Made by a program: the position numbers and the translations under genes. The notes below the pieces were generated by a model. The model was not told the origin of the DNA and ran no database searches. It saw only the letters and a program-made list of their open reading frames with translations. A stretch of DNA of 63,128 bases, filler included, from Circinaria calcarea (Eukaryota): NCBI GenBank assembly GCA_051942165.1. It is 24 parts of 24 records of this genome, joined end to end, with 100 filler letters (N's around TTAATTAATTAA, not from the genome) between each part and the next. Parts side by side here need not be neighbours in the genome. Positions count along the whole stretch, not along the records: positions 23,797 to 26,332 come from JAVECS010003458.1; positions 26,433 to 28,967 come from JAVECS010003459.1; positions 29,068 to 31,601 come from JAVECS010003460.1; positions 31,702 to 34,235 come from JAVECS010003461.1; positions 34,336 to 36,867 come from JAVECS010003462.1; 19 more parts are not named here. One strand, given 5' to 3'. Positions 23,948 to 36,967 of the stretch are shown here, one piece after another. Position 1 is the first letter of the stretch. Each line of letters begins with the position of its first letter.

Positions 23948-24110
23948 TACCCTGCCGTGAGTGGACTTGGAAAAATTGGGGGGTGGCTAATAATTTATGC
24001 TTTATACTCTTACAATATTAAACCCTTTCACTTCGTTCCTTGTTTTAGGGTATCAAGAAAGAATTATGTTTGCTGCCAGAACTAGTTCTTGGGCATGAAA
24101 TTAGATTGGT

Positions 24111-26332
24111 ATGGAGAATGCACGAAGTGTTGCGTTCAACAAGGTAATGGGAAATTTCAGTGTTGAAATTAATGTGTTAACATTGTGAGTAGCTTAAGCC
24201 GGTATGCGTCGAAATCAGTCAGCTTGCACTGCACTACCAGGCACACAAGGCCTCCGGCAAGCAGCTTATTCAACCACTGCAGAGTTTACTAAACACACTC
24301 GAAGACATAAGTTCAATACCAAGCGTCCTTGATCAGAAACTTGCAGAATACGTTTTCTTTCCACTCTCCCATCTGTTTCGCCAGAGTACTAGCTTGCCTT
24401 TTCATGCAACCGAGCTTTGTCTCAAATGTCTGCACATTCTTATTTCTGCTGGATGGTGTGGCAGAGGTGGACGGGAACTTTGCAAACAAATTCTGGTGTT
24501 GCTGACTTTCCTTACTGGTGGGAGTGCTGTCGGTAAAGAGAACCAGGAGGTCCATGAGGATATTAGCACAGCTGCTCTTGAATGCCTTGCGAGCCTGTTT
24601 GGTACTCCGGCATCATCAGCCTTCATAACTGGGGAATCTCTTGATGGCGACGCTGTGCTTGTCTTGGGCCATGTTATTACCGTCATACTCGACCGCCTGA
24701 CAAACGGTCCCTCTAACAGAGTGCAGGAGATAGCTGCCAAGGCCATTGGGAGTGTGGTCGGCGTCGTTTCCGATTCTGCTGCCCTGCGAAACTTTTTGCC
24801 TGGCATCATTTCAAGCATCACTAAAGTGCTGCATCCCACTACACGTTCCCCACGGTCTTCCAAAGTTCTCGAGGGTGCGTTGGGCGTAGTATCTCAGCTG
24901 TTACAAAAAACTTTGCATAAAGTTGAAGCTGCAAAGGTTATTTTCAAGACAAACGAAGCACAATATGCCATTCAACAATCGGTGTTGGAACCAGAACAAG
25001 CATGGATGAAAGCTACTTCTGCACAGATCAAGCTAGCGTTGGCCAATATTGTCCAATTACGCTACCATGAAAAGCAATCGGTGGTTGGTGCCCTTTTTCA
25101 CTTATGTATTGTGGTTTTACAGGACTGCCGAGAGACATTGCCCGAAGCAGCCTCGATAATGCTTGAGACTTCAGTCATCATATGTGGGCACAGTGACGAG
25201 GACATCAAAGGTGACAGGATTCGAGCCGTACAACACCTCATCAGCTGTGACAGCAGTCTTGTTGATATGTTGAAGATCGCAATGCATGACTGGGTGTCTG
25301 CATTACCTCGGGTGATAAAATCTACTGCCACTGTCACTCACTGCCGTCAGATTTCTCTGATCGCTGCAGCTTACCAGACTGCTGCAAATCTGGATATCGA
25401 TTTAGATGTGCTTGATTTGAAAACAGTGGAAAGTCTATACCAAGGTATTAGCACAGCAATCAATATAGTTCCCTCGAAATCAATACAGCCGCTGCGTGGG
25501 GAACAGTTTGACAGCTCTGCCATCACACCAAGTGTATCAGGATATGAATTGGAGAAACATTTCGCGCCACTATTACTCGGGGGAAGCAGCCAGACGAAGA
25601 TTCTCCAAGAAACACTAGACTTCTTCAGGAACCTCGAGTCTACCAGGGTGTCCAAAAACATACGGCGTCAATTACTTAGATCGCTCACGGTGACATCCGG
25701 TAGTGAACAGCTAGCATGTCTCTGGCTGTGCTCGAGGTGTCTTGGTGAACTCCCACTTTGGAAACAATCGGATGTAGTTCTGAATTGCGCCCAACAGCCT
25801 GTGGAGTTTGAAGAGGAGTTTGGAGATGCGGTCTACTCCTTTTGCATCAACCTGCTTTCATCCTCAGTTGTTGAAGATGGGAGCGTGTGGTTAATGCAGG
25901 CTTTGGCTCTAGAGGTTCTCGCATTTCGTTCCTTCCAACAAAAGCAGGATTTTCGTCCAGAGCTGGTAGACGCTCTCTATCCAGTTGTGGAGCGTCTTGG
26001 TTCGGGCAATCTGTCGCTGCGAGAGCATGCCATGACCTCCCTCAATATCATAGCTATTGCATGCAACTACAGCAATTCAAGCGACTTGATTATCCAAAAT
26101 ATCGATTATTTGGTTAACTTTGTAGCACTGAAACTCAACACATTCGATATCAGTCCTCAGACCCCATATGTTCTTGTGATGATGGTCAAACTGTGTGGGG
26201 CAAGATTGATTCCCTACCTTGACGATCTGATTGAGTCTGTTTTCTCCGCATTGGCATCTTTTCACGGATACCCACGGTTAGTAGAGTCGCTATGTGCTGT
26301 CCTACATGCAATAGTTGACGAAAGCAAGAAAG
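24111..26332 (+). CDS. TTI1: TTI1 (TEL2-interacting protein 1) HEAT-repeat protein (3' truncated)
   Basis: Exon 24111-24143, intron 24144-24192, long exon. AFNKLKPVCV, LDQKLAEYVFFPLSHLF, FLPGIISSITK, FRPELVDALYPV, NIDYLVN.VALKLNTFDISPQ, LIPYLDDLIES.F..L..FHGY. Confidence 0.85.
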
Positions 26333-26432
26333 NNNNNNNNNNNNNNNNNNNNNNNNNNNNNNNNNNNNNNNNNNNNTTAATTAATTAANNNNNNNNNNNN
26401 NNNNNNNNNNNNNNNNNNNNNNNNNNNNNNNN

Positions 26433-27198
26433 AAGATTAGAGCGCCAATAGTGACTCCGACGCCGAGACCGATCTGGATAGGTTTGGATAAACCCGGTGG
26501 AGGTGGGGAAGTGAGGGTTGAGGGAGCAGAGAGATAAACCGAAGAAGACGGTGAAGCAAAACTGGCTGCTTGAAAGGTGGCTCCGGAAAGGTGGCTGTCT
26601 TCTGATGATGATTTAGAAGTTGATGATGATCTGGAAGATGTAGTTACACCCTTTGGCGCTGGTGTGCTGATAGTTGCCGAAATCTTGACCCCTGGTGAGC
26701 TGCTATTTTGGAATTGACGGATGTAATCGATTCCCTTACAAACTTACCAGCTGCGTCGGTCACCTTTATAAGAGCCCCTATAGATCATAAAGTTGTTGGT
26801 ATCATTTGACGAGCCATCATTGCTTGTCACTACCGTTTTCGTTGGGAGAGCTAAAGTCGACGATCCCGAGCTCTGAACGGTAAATATGGAAGAAGAGCAA
26901 AATTGGAGAAACCAAGTGACTATCCTTCCATAATCGTCATCTGAGCATTGCAGGCGGCATACGTTGGCAGGACTCCCCAGAATCCCGAGTCTGAGCACGG
27001 TGAGATAGGACGATTGGCAGAAGCAGGACTGGTAGGTTGCGGCATTACCATTCGGAGAAGCTGGAGGCAGACATTCGGCTTGGGCCAGTTGAAGAATAGG
27101 GCAGTCTTGAGCTGTTGAGCGGCAGTAAGAGAGCGGAAGAGGAGGAAGGAGAGGATGAAGGCGGATTTTCTGTCTAGGACAGGCAAGGTCAGGGCCAT
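26433..27198 (-). CDS. Type I membrane protein (signal peptide, Cys-rich ectodomain, Ser/Thr stalk, TM), apparently frameshifted; 3' truncated
   Basis: ATG at 27198 gives signal-like MALTLPVLDRKSAFILSFLLFRSLTAAQQ. The Cys-rich part CPILQLAQAECLPP...YQSCFCQS...C...C...W...C is in another frame from ~27110. After a GTAAGT...ATAG intron come a Ser/Thr tract and IGLGVGVTIGALI. Confidence 0.6.
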
Positions 27199-27207
27199 TC
27201 GATATAA

Positions 27208-27210
<3 letters not shown>

Positions 27211-27267
<57 letters not shown>
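27211..27267 (+). repeat. (GAAA)14 microsatellite
   Basis: Perfect tetranucleotide run directly upstream of the ATG at 27198 (minus-strand gene). Confidence 0.95.
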
Positions 27268-28854
27268 CGTCTGGCTGATCCCCACTCGCTGACGCCGACA
27301 TTCAGAGTCCTACCAATTCCTCAGTATTCAAACTTATCGTGGGATAGTATGGCAGGAGCCGCGACATCAGGAATGAGAGGCAGTTAACTCATATAAGGTA
27401 GCACAGATTACTCCATACTCCGTAGATGTTTTGAAACCGAATTACCTGGAAAGTCCATACTCGCGTCGCTTTTCCGTTTCAACGTGCCAGTCGGATCGAC
27501 TGATTATCGAGGCTCGGGATGATTATAGATGGCTCTACCCCCCCACTTCAGAGCTCTCAGCAGGTAGTTACCACAAAAGAGGCTACCTCATGCAAAAAGT
27601 CCGGAGATCGCATTGGTCCGCCAGAGTGGGACAAGCGACACGGGAAGTCCAGAATGCAGCTCTCCTACTTTCTCAATAAATATTAGATGTACAAGTGCTT
27701 TCTCTCTGGTATTCGCGAGAATATCGGCATTGGCATACCAACGAATCATCATCTGAACAGATCCCCAGTAACGTGTACGTAGATAGCAGACGGTCAATCT
27801 TGCATGCCGCTGAAATCCTCCCTTGAACTTTGTTTCCTCGTCACAAGGTCGCCTAGGTCGAACTAGCCGCTTCTAAGGCGAGCCATCTGTTTATTTCCTC
27901 GACCACCCCTGCTGTCTATCCAACTCTTCTGATGACATCTCTTTCAAAGGATGCCTATAGTACGAGGACAGCCACGAGGCGACTCATCGACACACCATGG
28001 CTCCCTCCTCATTTGGGGTCATAGTAAGTAAGGATCCGCCTAGAGTTATGCAGAGAGAGCCACGTGCAACACAACTTTCAAAGCCAATATACGTCGGATT
28101 GTCCGCCAAACGATGCCTGCTTTCCTTGTAATTTTAGCTCCCTAGACAGATTGCTATATACTAAAGGTCTGGCCAAAGGAGTATAAGGGATCTGTGGCTC
28201 TAACGAGACACTCAAGGGCTTGTGCAATATCGTAGAAGGGCGTAGATTCCCGAGATAAATCAGCCTAGATCACTAGACGAGATGTTAGATTCTATACAAA
28301 TAACAGGGGAGGAGACGGCAAGAGGCCGAAGCCTATCTCGAAAAGACCGTTGGATTCGGTAGTAGAACAGGCGCATACGCCATGTTGATACCACGGAACT
28401 CATCATTGATGGCGAATAAGTTTCGCAGACTTCAGGCCCAGGTAATCCTTTCTTTGATTGGTTGGGAGGAAAATTCACAGATTACCGCCTTCGATACAAA
28501 TTGAGCCATTCGTAATTCTGCTAGTTTGAATCAGAGGCCCCTTGTAAATTTATGAGTATTGGCCGAATCGGAGGTATCCGTAGCGAAGTAAACAAACACA
28601 TCCGAACGAAATAACGGTTGCGGGTGTTGCACTTTGGCGAAATGAGGTTATATCTTATTATAAGATGTAGTTATTTCACCAAGACCTGGGTGGTCGAGTG
28701 GTACCAGGCACTCGATACTTGGGCACGTAGTTCAACGGATAAAACGCCTGATAAACTGGTTCATGGGGCAGGTTTTCCTAAGATGGCTGGCCGAGAGTGA
28801 AATACCTCCTAAATTGTCCTCTTCTTAGTTTTTTGCATTTTTTTCGGTTGCCCC

Positions 28855-28888
28855 GAGGTCCTGGTTCGATTCCGGCTGTAGGCGTTTT
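28855..28888 (+). pseudogene. tRNA 3'-half-like fragment / isolated B-box
   Basis: GAGGTC-CTGG-TTCGATT-CCGG-CTGTAGGCG-TTTT: variable-loop-like AGGTC, T-arm with perfect B-box and a T4 tract. No complementary 5' acceptor strand found. Confidence 0.4.
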
Positions 28889-29067
28889 CTTAAGGTTTTG
28901 CCCCCTAGAATTTAAAATTGAGCAAAATCGTAGCTCTATCCAACTATTATGCGGAACTAAGTCTCTCNNNNNNNNNNNNNNNNNNNNNNNNNNNNNNNNN
29001 NNNNNNNNNNNTTAATTAATTAANNNNNNNNNNNNNNNNNNNNNNNNNNNNNNNNNNNNNNNNNNNN

Positions 29068-30698
29068 CGACGCCATATATCTTGACAACTTTTTACCCTG
29101 CGGGCTTCTTGGGTCATCGAGCCAGCGTTCGGGCTTAAAGTCCCAGGAGTCGGGGTAGATGACCTCGTTGTGGTGCATGGAAAATGTCTGAATGCTGACA
29201 GGGGTGCCAACGGGGATGGTGTAGTCTCCATACTCAAGAGCCTTACTCCAAGACACTCTAGGTGATCGGCCGGGCACGCCATATACTAGCCGAATACCTT
29301 TGAAGCTTTCAATTAGGTTTCGAAGACGACGTTATTTCGGGTCAAGTCAAGAGAGAAAACATACCTTCTTCGACACAAGCGCCCAAGTAAGGCAGAACTT
29401 CAATATCCTTCAGCTCAGGCAGTACGGCAGGATCCGGAATGGCCTCCTCGAGCTCCTTACGCAAGCGTTTATGAATAGCCGGGTTGGCAATGATATGGAA
29501 AACCGAAATAGCCAAGGACTCCTTGGTTGTTTCAATGCCGGCACCAATGATACTCATTGCTTCGCTTTCTAGGCGATCGACAGTCAGCTCCTCCGGAGGC
29601 AAATTGGATTTCATTAGTTCGTTGAAGATGGTGTCGGGGGCATCTTCGGGCTTAGGCACGTGACCTCTCAGTTTAACCTCGGTAATCAGTTCCCTCAGCT
29701 CCTAGACCGAATCAGCGACTAATTTGAGTGGGCGATGGATGTTTCAGTACCTTTTTGAAATTCGAAAAGAGGCTTCGTCGGTGGGAGAATCGCAGCTATG
29801 AGATCCCGAGGCATACTATTGAAGATTGTCACCAGCCACGGAAGGTGAGTCATGACCATGGTGAAGTTCGCAATACCCCGAACGGACTTCGTGAAGCGCC
29901 CTTCAAAGTCGGGGTTATCAAGAAATCGATATTGCTTCTGGAAAGCGTAATTCGTTATCGCGTCCGCAGTCAGGCTACCGATGATGCACTCCAGTCAGTA
30001 GATGTCACTGTCAATCACTCGCAATATACCGGCACTGCAGACGATCAGATGTTCATACCTTCCCGCCAGGTCGTTCACGCTGAGGATCTGATCTGTCCCT
30101 TTGTATTCTAGTTCAAGCCGCTTACAGAATTGCTCCACGAGCTTGATGATGAATGGATAGTATATCTGCACCTTCCGCTTAGTAAAGAACGGTGCGATGG
30201 CCGCGCGCCGCATCTTGTGGATATCATGTTCGGGCGTTGAGAATGATGCCCAAGGGGCGTTGAGACGCCACTGGTACGCTTTGAATTTATCAAAGTGGTG
30301 CAAGGTCGTGTACAACGTCTCGTAGTACTCGGGATCGTTGACGTGAAGCTCCCAGGGGTTAATTCGGATGATCGGCCCTTTGGTCGTACGGAGGACCTTC
30401 AGCGACCCTGGCGGCATCGAGGTAAAAGTCGGAACAACTTACCGTACCGTTTGTGCAGCCTTTCAATCTGAAAGGGAAACTGCCCGCCCTCGCCGTACAA
30501 CAGATCGAAGTAGACTTCGTACCATCCGGTAGCGGCAGCCAATTTGGGTCCTGGGAACTTGGCAAGTGGACTGAGGTATACCCGATAGATGACGAGGCCG
30601 GCGGTATAGAAAAGAAGCAGCATTGCCAAGAAGATGGCGGTATCGAGGGGGCTGAGCAGCTGGCCCATGTAGGGCTTCAGGCTGGTGCGTATGTCCAT
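29068..30698 (-). CDS. Cytochrome P450, trichodiene-oxygenase-like (3' truncated)
   Basis: Four GT-AG introns splice into an open frame. SPLAKFPGPKLAAATGWYEVYFD, YGPIIRINPWELH, I-helix IGAGIETT, EGIR (ExxR), FKPERWL. The heme motif lies beyond the contig end. Confidence 0.92.
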
Positions 30699-31701
30699 AC
30701 TGCGAGTTCGACGCTCTCCGAACGACCAAAGCTGTATTTCGATCCCGTTGGGTTTACAAAATTGAACACGAAGATGATCGAGTTTTAATCAAGTATCTTG
30801 TGATGCTTACTTTCCAAAGGGAGTTCTCCCTGCTTACAACGGGTCATGATGCGCTTTCGAGAGATTCCGGGAAAGGCTCAGCCGTCGACAGAGCATACAC
30901 ATCCCCTTGGGAGACTTGCAAATCCGGATCAGCCAGTGAGATGCGGTAATTTCCATCTTACTCTATCAGGTCAAACGGTGGCACAACCTAATCTGTCTGA
31001 TAACGAAGCTTATGGTCGATTAGTGTTTCGCTTAGTCTATAATAAAACAAAAAATAAAGAGGGTGATAAGCGGCTTACGAGAAATATGTGCGACGCTTAC
31101 GGGAGATCCATATTCTAACTTCTAAGTGCTAGTCGCATAGTTGGCGGCCCCGGCCCCGAAAAAGGGTCAGCCGTGACTGAGAGGAAGATTTCGTATGTGC
31201 GACGGTCGTGCTGTGCGCATGTCCTTGTTGTACAGATTGTGGCGACCTTAGTAGATTGTATTTATGGAAATGGAGACATTGGATAAAGTGTGTTGTATTT
31301 GGCTATCTGGTGCACCATGATCAACATTTAATTACTGCGGGTGATGAGCCTATAATTTCTGAGAGTCTATATTTCTATTCCGTTTGTCTAGAGGCTCCTC
31401 TCGAGTTTGAATGATACCACAACGCATCCTTTACGCTGAGAGAAAAGGTCATTTTGCTTCCAGAAGCACTTTGATCACGTCACAATGACCGCCTGCAGCG
31501 GCAAGATGCAGCGCCGTGTATCCCCGGGCATCACCGGCGTCAACTGGAATGTCAGAACTGTCCAATAATAGTCGCACAACGGAAAGGTCGCCTCTCTCAG
31601 CNNNNNNNNNNNNNNNNNNNNNNNNNNNNNNNNNNNNNNNNNNNNTTAATTAATTAANNNNNNNNNNNNNNNNNNNNNNNNNNNNNNNNNNNNNNNNNNN
31701 N

Positions 31702-32313
31702 CTTACAAGTGTAGCAATATACTTCTATTGTCACTATTTACTTGCCAAGTGATTGGTATAGAACTTTCGCGCATATTACAGAGCCCCTGCCTTATACCAG
31801 TGACTAGCATTGCCTTTGCCTAAGAAGCTTAGGGACGTAACATAGAAGCAAGAATTAGCTGGAAGGCGATAGAAAAAAGCTTTTGGAATCGCGCATAAAG
31901 AAACCTTCACCTTTTGACTGGCTATATATCTTGGGGAAACAGATGTGATGATTTCCTCCGGATTAAGGTCCTTCAGCGTTATTATAGGATATGCCAAGGA
32001 CATTATCTTTACTCCTGAATCCGGTTTAATATAGATTCAACAAGGTTGACTGATGAAGATCTAGCATCTACCAACAATAAGATTGACTCCCATGCCAATA
32101 ACCAAAATCTATTTGCAGCGATGACGATTAGATCAGTAGAGCTTGGACGGGAGAAGGAGTCCTTACCAGCGCCGGAATGGCCAACCAGTCGTCCAGCATC
32201 AATTGTACGCTTTGCATGCGTCTTGTATAGAACCGCAAGGCAACGACGATAAGTCCCAGCGCTGGAAAAACTGTACCGGCCGCAAGCACAATTGCAGGCG
32301 ATATATCCTTCAT
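31702..32313 (-). CDS. PTH11-like (fungal rhodopsin-domain) integral membrane protein, 5' part
   Basis: MKDISPAIVLAAGTVFPALGLIVVALRFYTRR...LDDWLAIPAL | ILVIGMGVNLIVG | ... with the V.LRF..R and DDW motifs and short exons. The 3' exon structure is uncertain. Confidence 0.72.
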
Positions 32314-34352
32314 TGTGAAATTGGAGAGGGTGCAGTAATGCAACTTAGGATATATGTAAAGATTCCAAATGAACAACAAGATAGATAGATGGGTTCAGGG
32401 TAAGTATGTACACTGGCCAGCAGGCGGCTTAGTGACGTGACTACAATGGAAGCGCATGGTGAGAGTACAAGGAGATCTGTACGTGCTAGATGTTTCGAAA
32501 TGGAGGGTACGCAGGCAAAGGCAGGCAAAGCAGGCAGTGAACGGTGTGGAAAGAAGGTCTATAGGCCATAAGGCCCTGGCATTATTGTCGATACTCTGGT
32601 TGTACTTGTGGCACAGAAATGAGAAACATTGCTGCTCCATGAGTAAATCGCCAGAGTGATCGCCAGAGTGGTGCGGTGAAGGTTCTGTGATTGGCGAGGG
32701 AAGCTGTCGAGGTCGAGAGGTAGGGGGTTGCACTCGGGAGACGGGATGCTTCTATGGTACCGAGTACGTCAGAAGCAAATTCGACCAATGACTGATGGTA
32801 TATCTGTGGCAACGTAAAATAAACGAGAAATGTGTGCCACCAGATATCCCAATTAGGTCGTATAATGGGCTGGCTCTTTCTACATCGTCATGTCTGCAGA
32901 AGATGTGCCTCGCCCTTTCATGCAGCCACCTTCAATCTTCAATGCATTCCTTATATGGTACAGAAAGGCCTAGATCGACCTATTTAGCTCTGTACCACTT
33001 AACTCAAGCTATTATGGCTTAGAGCACAAAACTGCTCGCATAGAGCATCTAGGGTCCATTTAGGGTTGATACTATATATACGTAGACGCTTCTACTAAGT
33101 ATATAAAAGTTATGCAGCGGTTCCCTGGACAACCCTCTCGTTACCCGCAGGAAATACTCGGATGATTATTTGATAAACCAGTAAAGCATGTCATCCGCTG
33201 ATTTCTATTCTTGAAAGCGAATAATACGAGCCTGGAAATAGTCAGGCTTCCCGACAACCTCGCTAGCATATCGTTTAATAACTCTAGAAACCAAATCCAC
33301 TCTTTTCCAATATGCCCACCAAACCGACCTCAATGCCTTCGAATGACTTCACCGCAATCCTTCCTAATTCGCCACATTCACCGCCACAGTGGTTGCCTCG
33401 GTAATAACATTGGATGAATGAATTCGACACCACCGTTTCGTCTCTGTTTACCGACCTTTCATCGTCCCAGCCCCACACCGGAGATGCACCCGACGGGATG
33501 TCACTGGTTGATGCGGGTAGTAGAAGAGGCTCCTCGTTCCAGAATGTGCTGAAGTGGCGCCCGGAGCTCTTGGGACGGATAGTCGTATAGGACCCTCCCA
33601 AAGGAAATCGAAGGTCGGGATCCTATTGAAGGCATGGAAACAATGTCGTACGATTTCTTTACGCCGCAGCCAGTCAAAGGTAAAACCAAAATCATTTCCC
33701 TGATTGACCAACTTCCTCCTCTCCCTCGCAGCCCGTCACTTTTACGAGGACCGTGAAACGCCAACGGTCCCTCTGAGTTTTATTTCAGATCGCTCGAGAC
33801 TAATTTCTTCCATCACATCTTCCCACGAACTGGCCGGGGCAGTTTCTTGTTGGGACTTCCTCCGTAACCACCGTCTCCGCCACGAACCCCCGGGAGTCTT
33901 CGAGGATGATCATCGTGGAACACAAGTGGCAGGCTAATACAGGGTGTCTACGAATGTAACGGCGCGCTTTACTCGATGTTATGATGATGGCGTTCGGCGG
34001 CATGGATACGCACGCATAGAAAAGCGAATGGCGGGGGAGCTCCTGGATCAAAGTGGGGCTGGAGGTTGTAAACAGTACGGGGACCCTCGGGACCAACCAA
34101 CCCTATAAGCAACGATAGTGTTAGCGAGGCCATGTTAAAGGGTAGGGATTCAAGGCAGTTTCACGCGAGAAGTTTACTTCAACGCGCCAAACACACGGGC
34201 CCCATGCAGAGAAGAACTTCCGAGCCGATTGAAGANNNNNNNNNNNNNNNNNNNNNNNNNNNNNNNNNNNNNNNNNNNNTTAATTAATTAANNNNNNNNN
34301 NNNNNNNNNNNNNNNNNNNNNNNNNNNNNNNNNNNCCCCCGGGTCTTTTCAA

Positions 34353-36409
34353 TCACCATGCCTTCCCCCTCACCTCCACCCTCACCCTCGCCTCCCTCTC
34401 CTCGATCCAGAATCCCACCTCCCGCGTGCCGTCTACGAGTTCGACTTCCCGGCGGATATATTTGCCCCTTTTCGCATTTCCGTCCTCTTCCCCTCCTTCT
34501 TCTTCTTCTCCCCCATCATCCTTCTCCCTCCCGTCATCCTCGCTCCCCTCGTCGTCCTCACTCCCGACAATCCACCTCGCCTCATCGTCCGTCGCCCAGC
34601 TCGCGGCCACGGGATCCCATTCGCCCGTCTCCCAGATGAGCCGGAGGTACATGGGCGGTAGGTCGTAGAGGTCGCCGACGATGGCTTTGAGCCGGTAAGG
34701 CGTTACGGTGCGGGGGATCAGGGCGGTTTGCTCTTGCGTTCCGTCGGAGTTTGTTTTTGTGTTGGGATCGGGAATTGGAGGTTGCGGGTTAGTGCGTTCG
34801 ATGCCGGGGATGAGGTGCCTTTTTGCGAGTTCGTGGGCGGGGAGGTAGAATGAAAAGGCGATGAGTCGGGCTTCGAGGGTGTTGGAGTTGAGGGTCGAAG
34901 AGATGGTGCAGGAACGGGTAATGGCTGGCGTGCCGTGCAGGGCGCAGAGTTGTGCGTAACGGGGGTGCTGGGAGGAGAGGAAGGCGGGTTCGTCTTCCAG
35001 AGAAAGGGAAGAGAGCTGTTTGCCGATTGAAGAGAGATAGTAGAGCTCCGCGTTTGTACGTTCGGCAGGTGTGATTCTGCTATAGTTGAGGACGGTGAGG
35101 GTAGGGATCCGGGCGAGGACGAGGATATAGGCTTCTTCGGGTGAGAGGGTGGTGGTGAAGGGGTTTTCGGTGGTGCGGAGGGAGGTTAGAGCTGGCAGAG
35201 TGTGGGGGAGGTGAGAGATGAAGGAAAGGGAGGGGATGGCGTTGTGGGAGAGATCGAGGGTGTGGAGGGAAGGAAAGATTGGTGGTGGGGTGCTAGGCGG
35301 TGCAATGGCATTAATTTGGTTGGAGCGGAGGGAAAGGACATGGAGACTAGGGAGGTGCGCCAAAGGTTCGAGAGAGGAAAGGCTAGTGAAGGCGTTATAG
35401 GAGAGGGAGAGAGTGGTCAAGTTGGCTGTTGGTAGGTTGAATGGGATGGCCGTGAGCTGATTTGAGGAGAGGGAAAGGGTGGTAAGGTCAGAAAAGGGGG
35501 CAGTTAAGGAAGTAATCTGAAAGTCGATTATTAACAAGGATGTTACTTTTTGAGGGCTGGAGAGCATACATCCTCCCATGTCATAAAGCAATCGTCAAGG
35601 TGGAGCTCTTTGATTCCTTCAAACGCTTCACGTGACTGCGAGTCATCACAATTTGATGTAGACAGATTCCTAAACCGATTACCACTAGGCATAGTGAGTA
35701 CTGAGAAAACCATTATTGTTACTTGACCCACTTTAGCTTTAAGCTTCGGAGCAATGGCAACGCTTTGCAGGTGCCCACAACGTCCATCCATTCCTCGAGG
35801 AGATTTCGGCTGAGATCAAGCTCGACAATCTTTGGGCACACTTGTCTGATTTCTTTGGTTTGTCGAAACCAATCGTTGTGGTCTCTGTCCCTAGGCCAAG
35901 GCTTTGAGCCGAGTCCGGCGAGACATAGCCCATCAAGTAGTACGATGTAAAGTTCCTGAAGAGTTGCGAGCTGGCGTCTGATCTTGTCGAAGCCCACTTC
36001 CTCGACGACCTTCCCACTAATCTCAATACTCTGCTCCAAACTGTTGCCCTGCGGCTTCGTAGCAGTTGATACATCACTACCCTCTGAAACGTACTTTTTG
36101 TGTAATGCCTCTAAGAAACCCAAAGGCCGGTCGAAAGGCCGTGCAGGACGAATAAACGATCCGGCTGTCGGTTCCTTACTTAGACCTAGCCAATATGCCT
36201 AAGCTCTTACCCACATCACACAATTGAACAACCTCACATTCAAAGTATTTCACTCCATCGTGCTCTCCAGAATGTTTGCCTCTGTTGGGATCATCCCACT
36301 CGACGCCTAGCCAGTCTCCTTTGGTTCCCTGGACTGGTCCACAATATCGGACTGTGCATAGAGCACCCGAGTAAGAGAGCCGCCGACCTGCATAGAAATC
36401 CCTGGTCAT
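34353..36409 (-). CDS. PAC2: Tubulin-specific chaperone E (CAP-Gly + LRR + UBL), apparently complete
   Basis: CAP-Gly WLGVEWDDPNRGKHSGEHDGVKYF, ISGKVVEEVGFDKIRRQLA, LRRs (LDLSRNLL, LSLSSNQL, LDLSHNAI), ERTNAELYYLS, LRLIWETGEWDP, REVEL.DGTREVGFW. Three introns. Confidence 0.92.
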
Positions 36410-36967
36410 GGCAAAGTATATTGCTCGAAAGGGGAAAAACACCCTTGAAGATGAGCGCGTTGAGAATTTGGTACAATTACCATGCGAGATGGTCTAGTAA
36501 ATTAGAAGAAATCAAGTACACCGGTACTTGAAATATCTGGTCTTGTCAAATATCCTTACTTTAGTCACAATCCTCGTGAGTTGGACAACTGCCCTTACTG
36601 TATGGGATTTGGTACAGAAAGAACATTATGATTCACCAGCAGAGAATAACGAGTCCACCATCTTGGGATCAGCCAGCGTTGTACGGGCTCGTAGGGCTGT
36701 TCTGCAAGTGTGGACATCAATACAGCTAGCGTAGATAGAAGCTTGGCATCAAAGCCGGTGTCTGAGCTACAACATTTCTCGAGAATATCTGTCATATCTA
36801 AAGTTCACATCCAAACCTTTCCAAGACAATTCCTCTTTCCCTACTGAAAATTCTGGTTAGCCGTATCNNNNNNNNNNNNNNNNNNNNNNNNNNNNNNNNN
36901 NNNNNNNNNNNTTAATTAATTAANNNNNNNNNNNNNNNNNNNNNNNNNNNNNNNNNNNNNNNNNNNN

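Noticed and set aside
33200..34100. Overlapping short minus-strand ORFs that might be a decayed gene
   Set aside because: No recognisable motif or consistent frame could be reconstructed.
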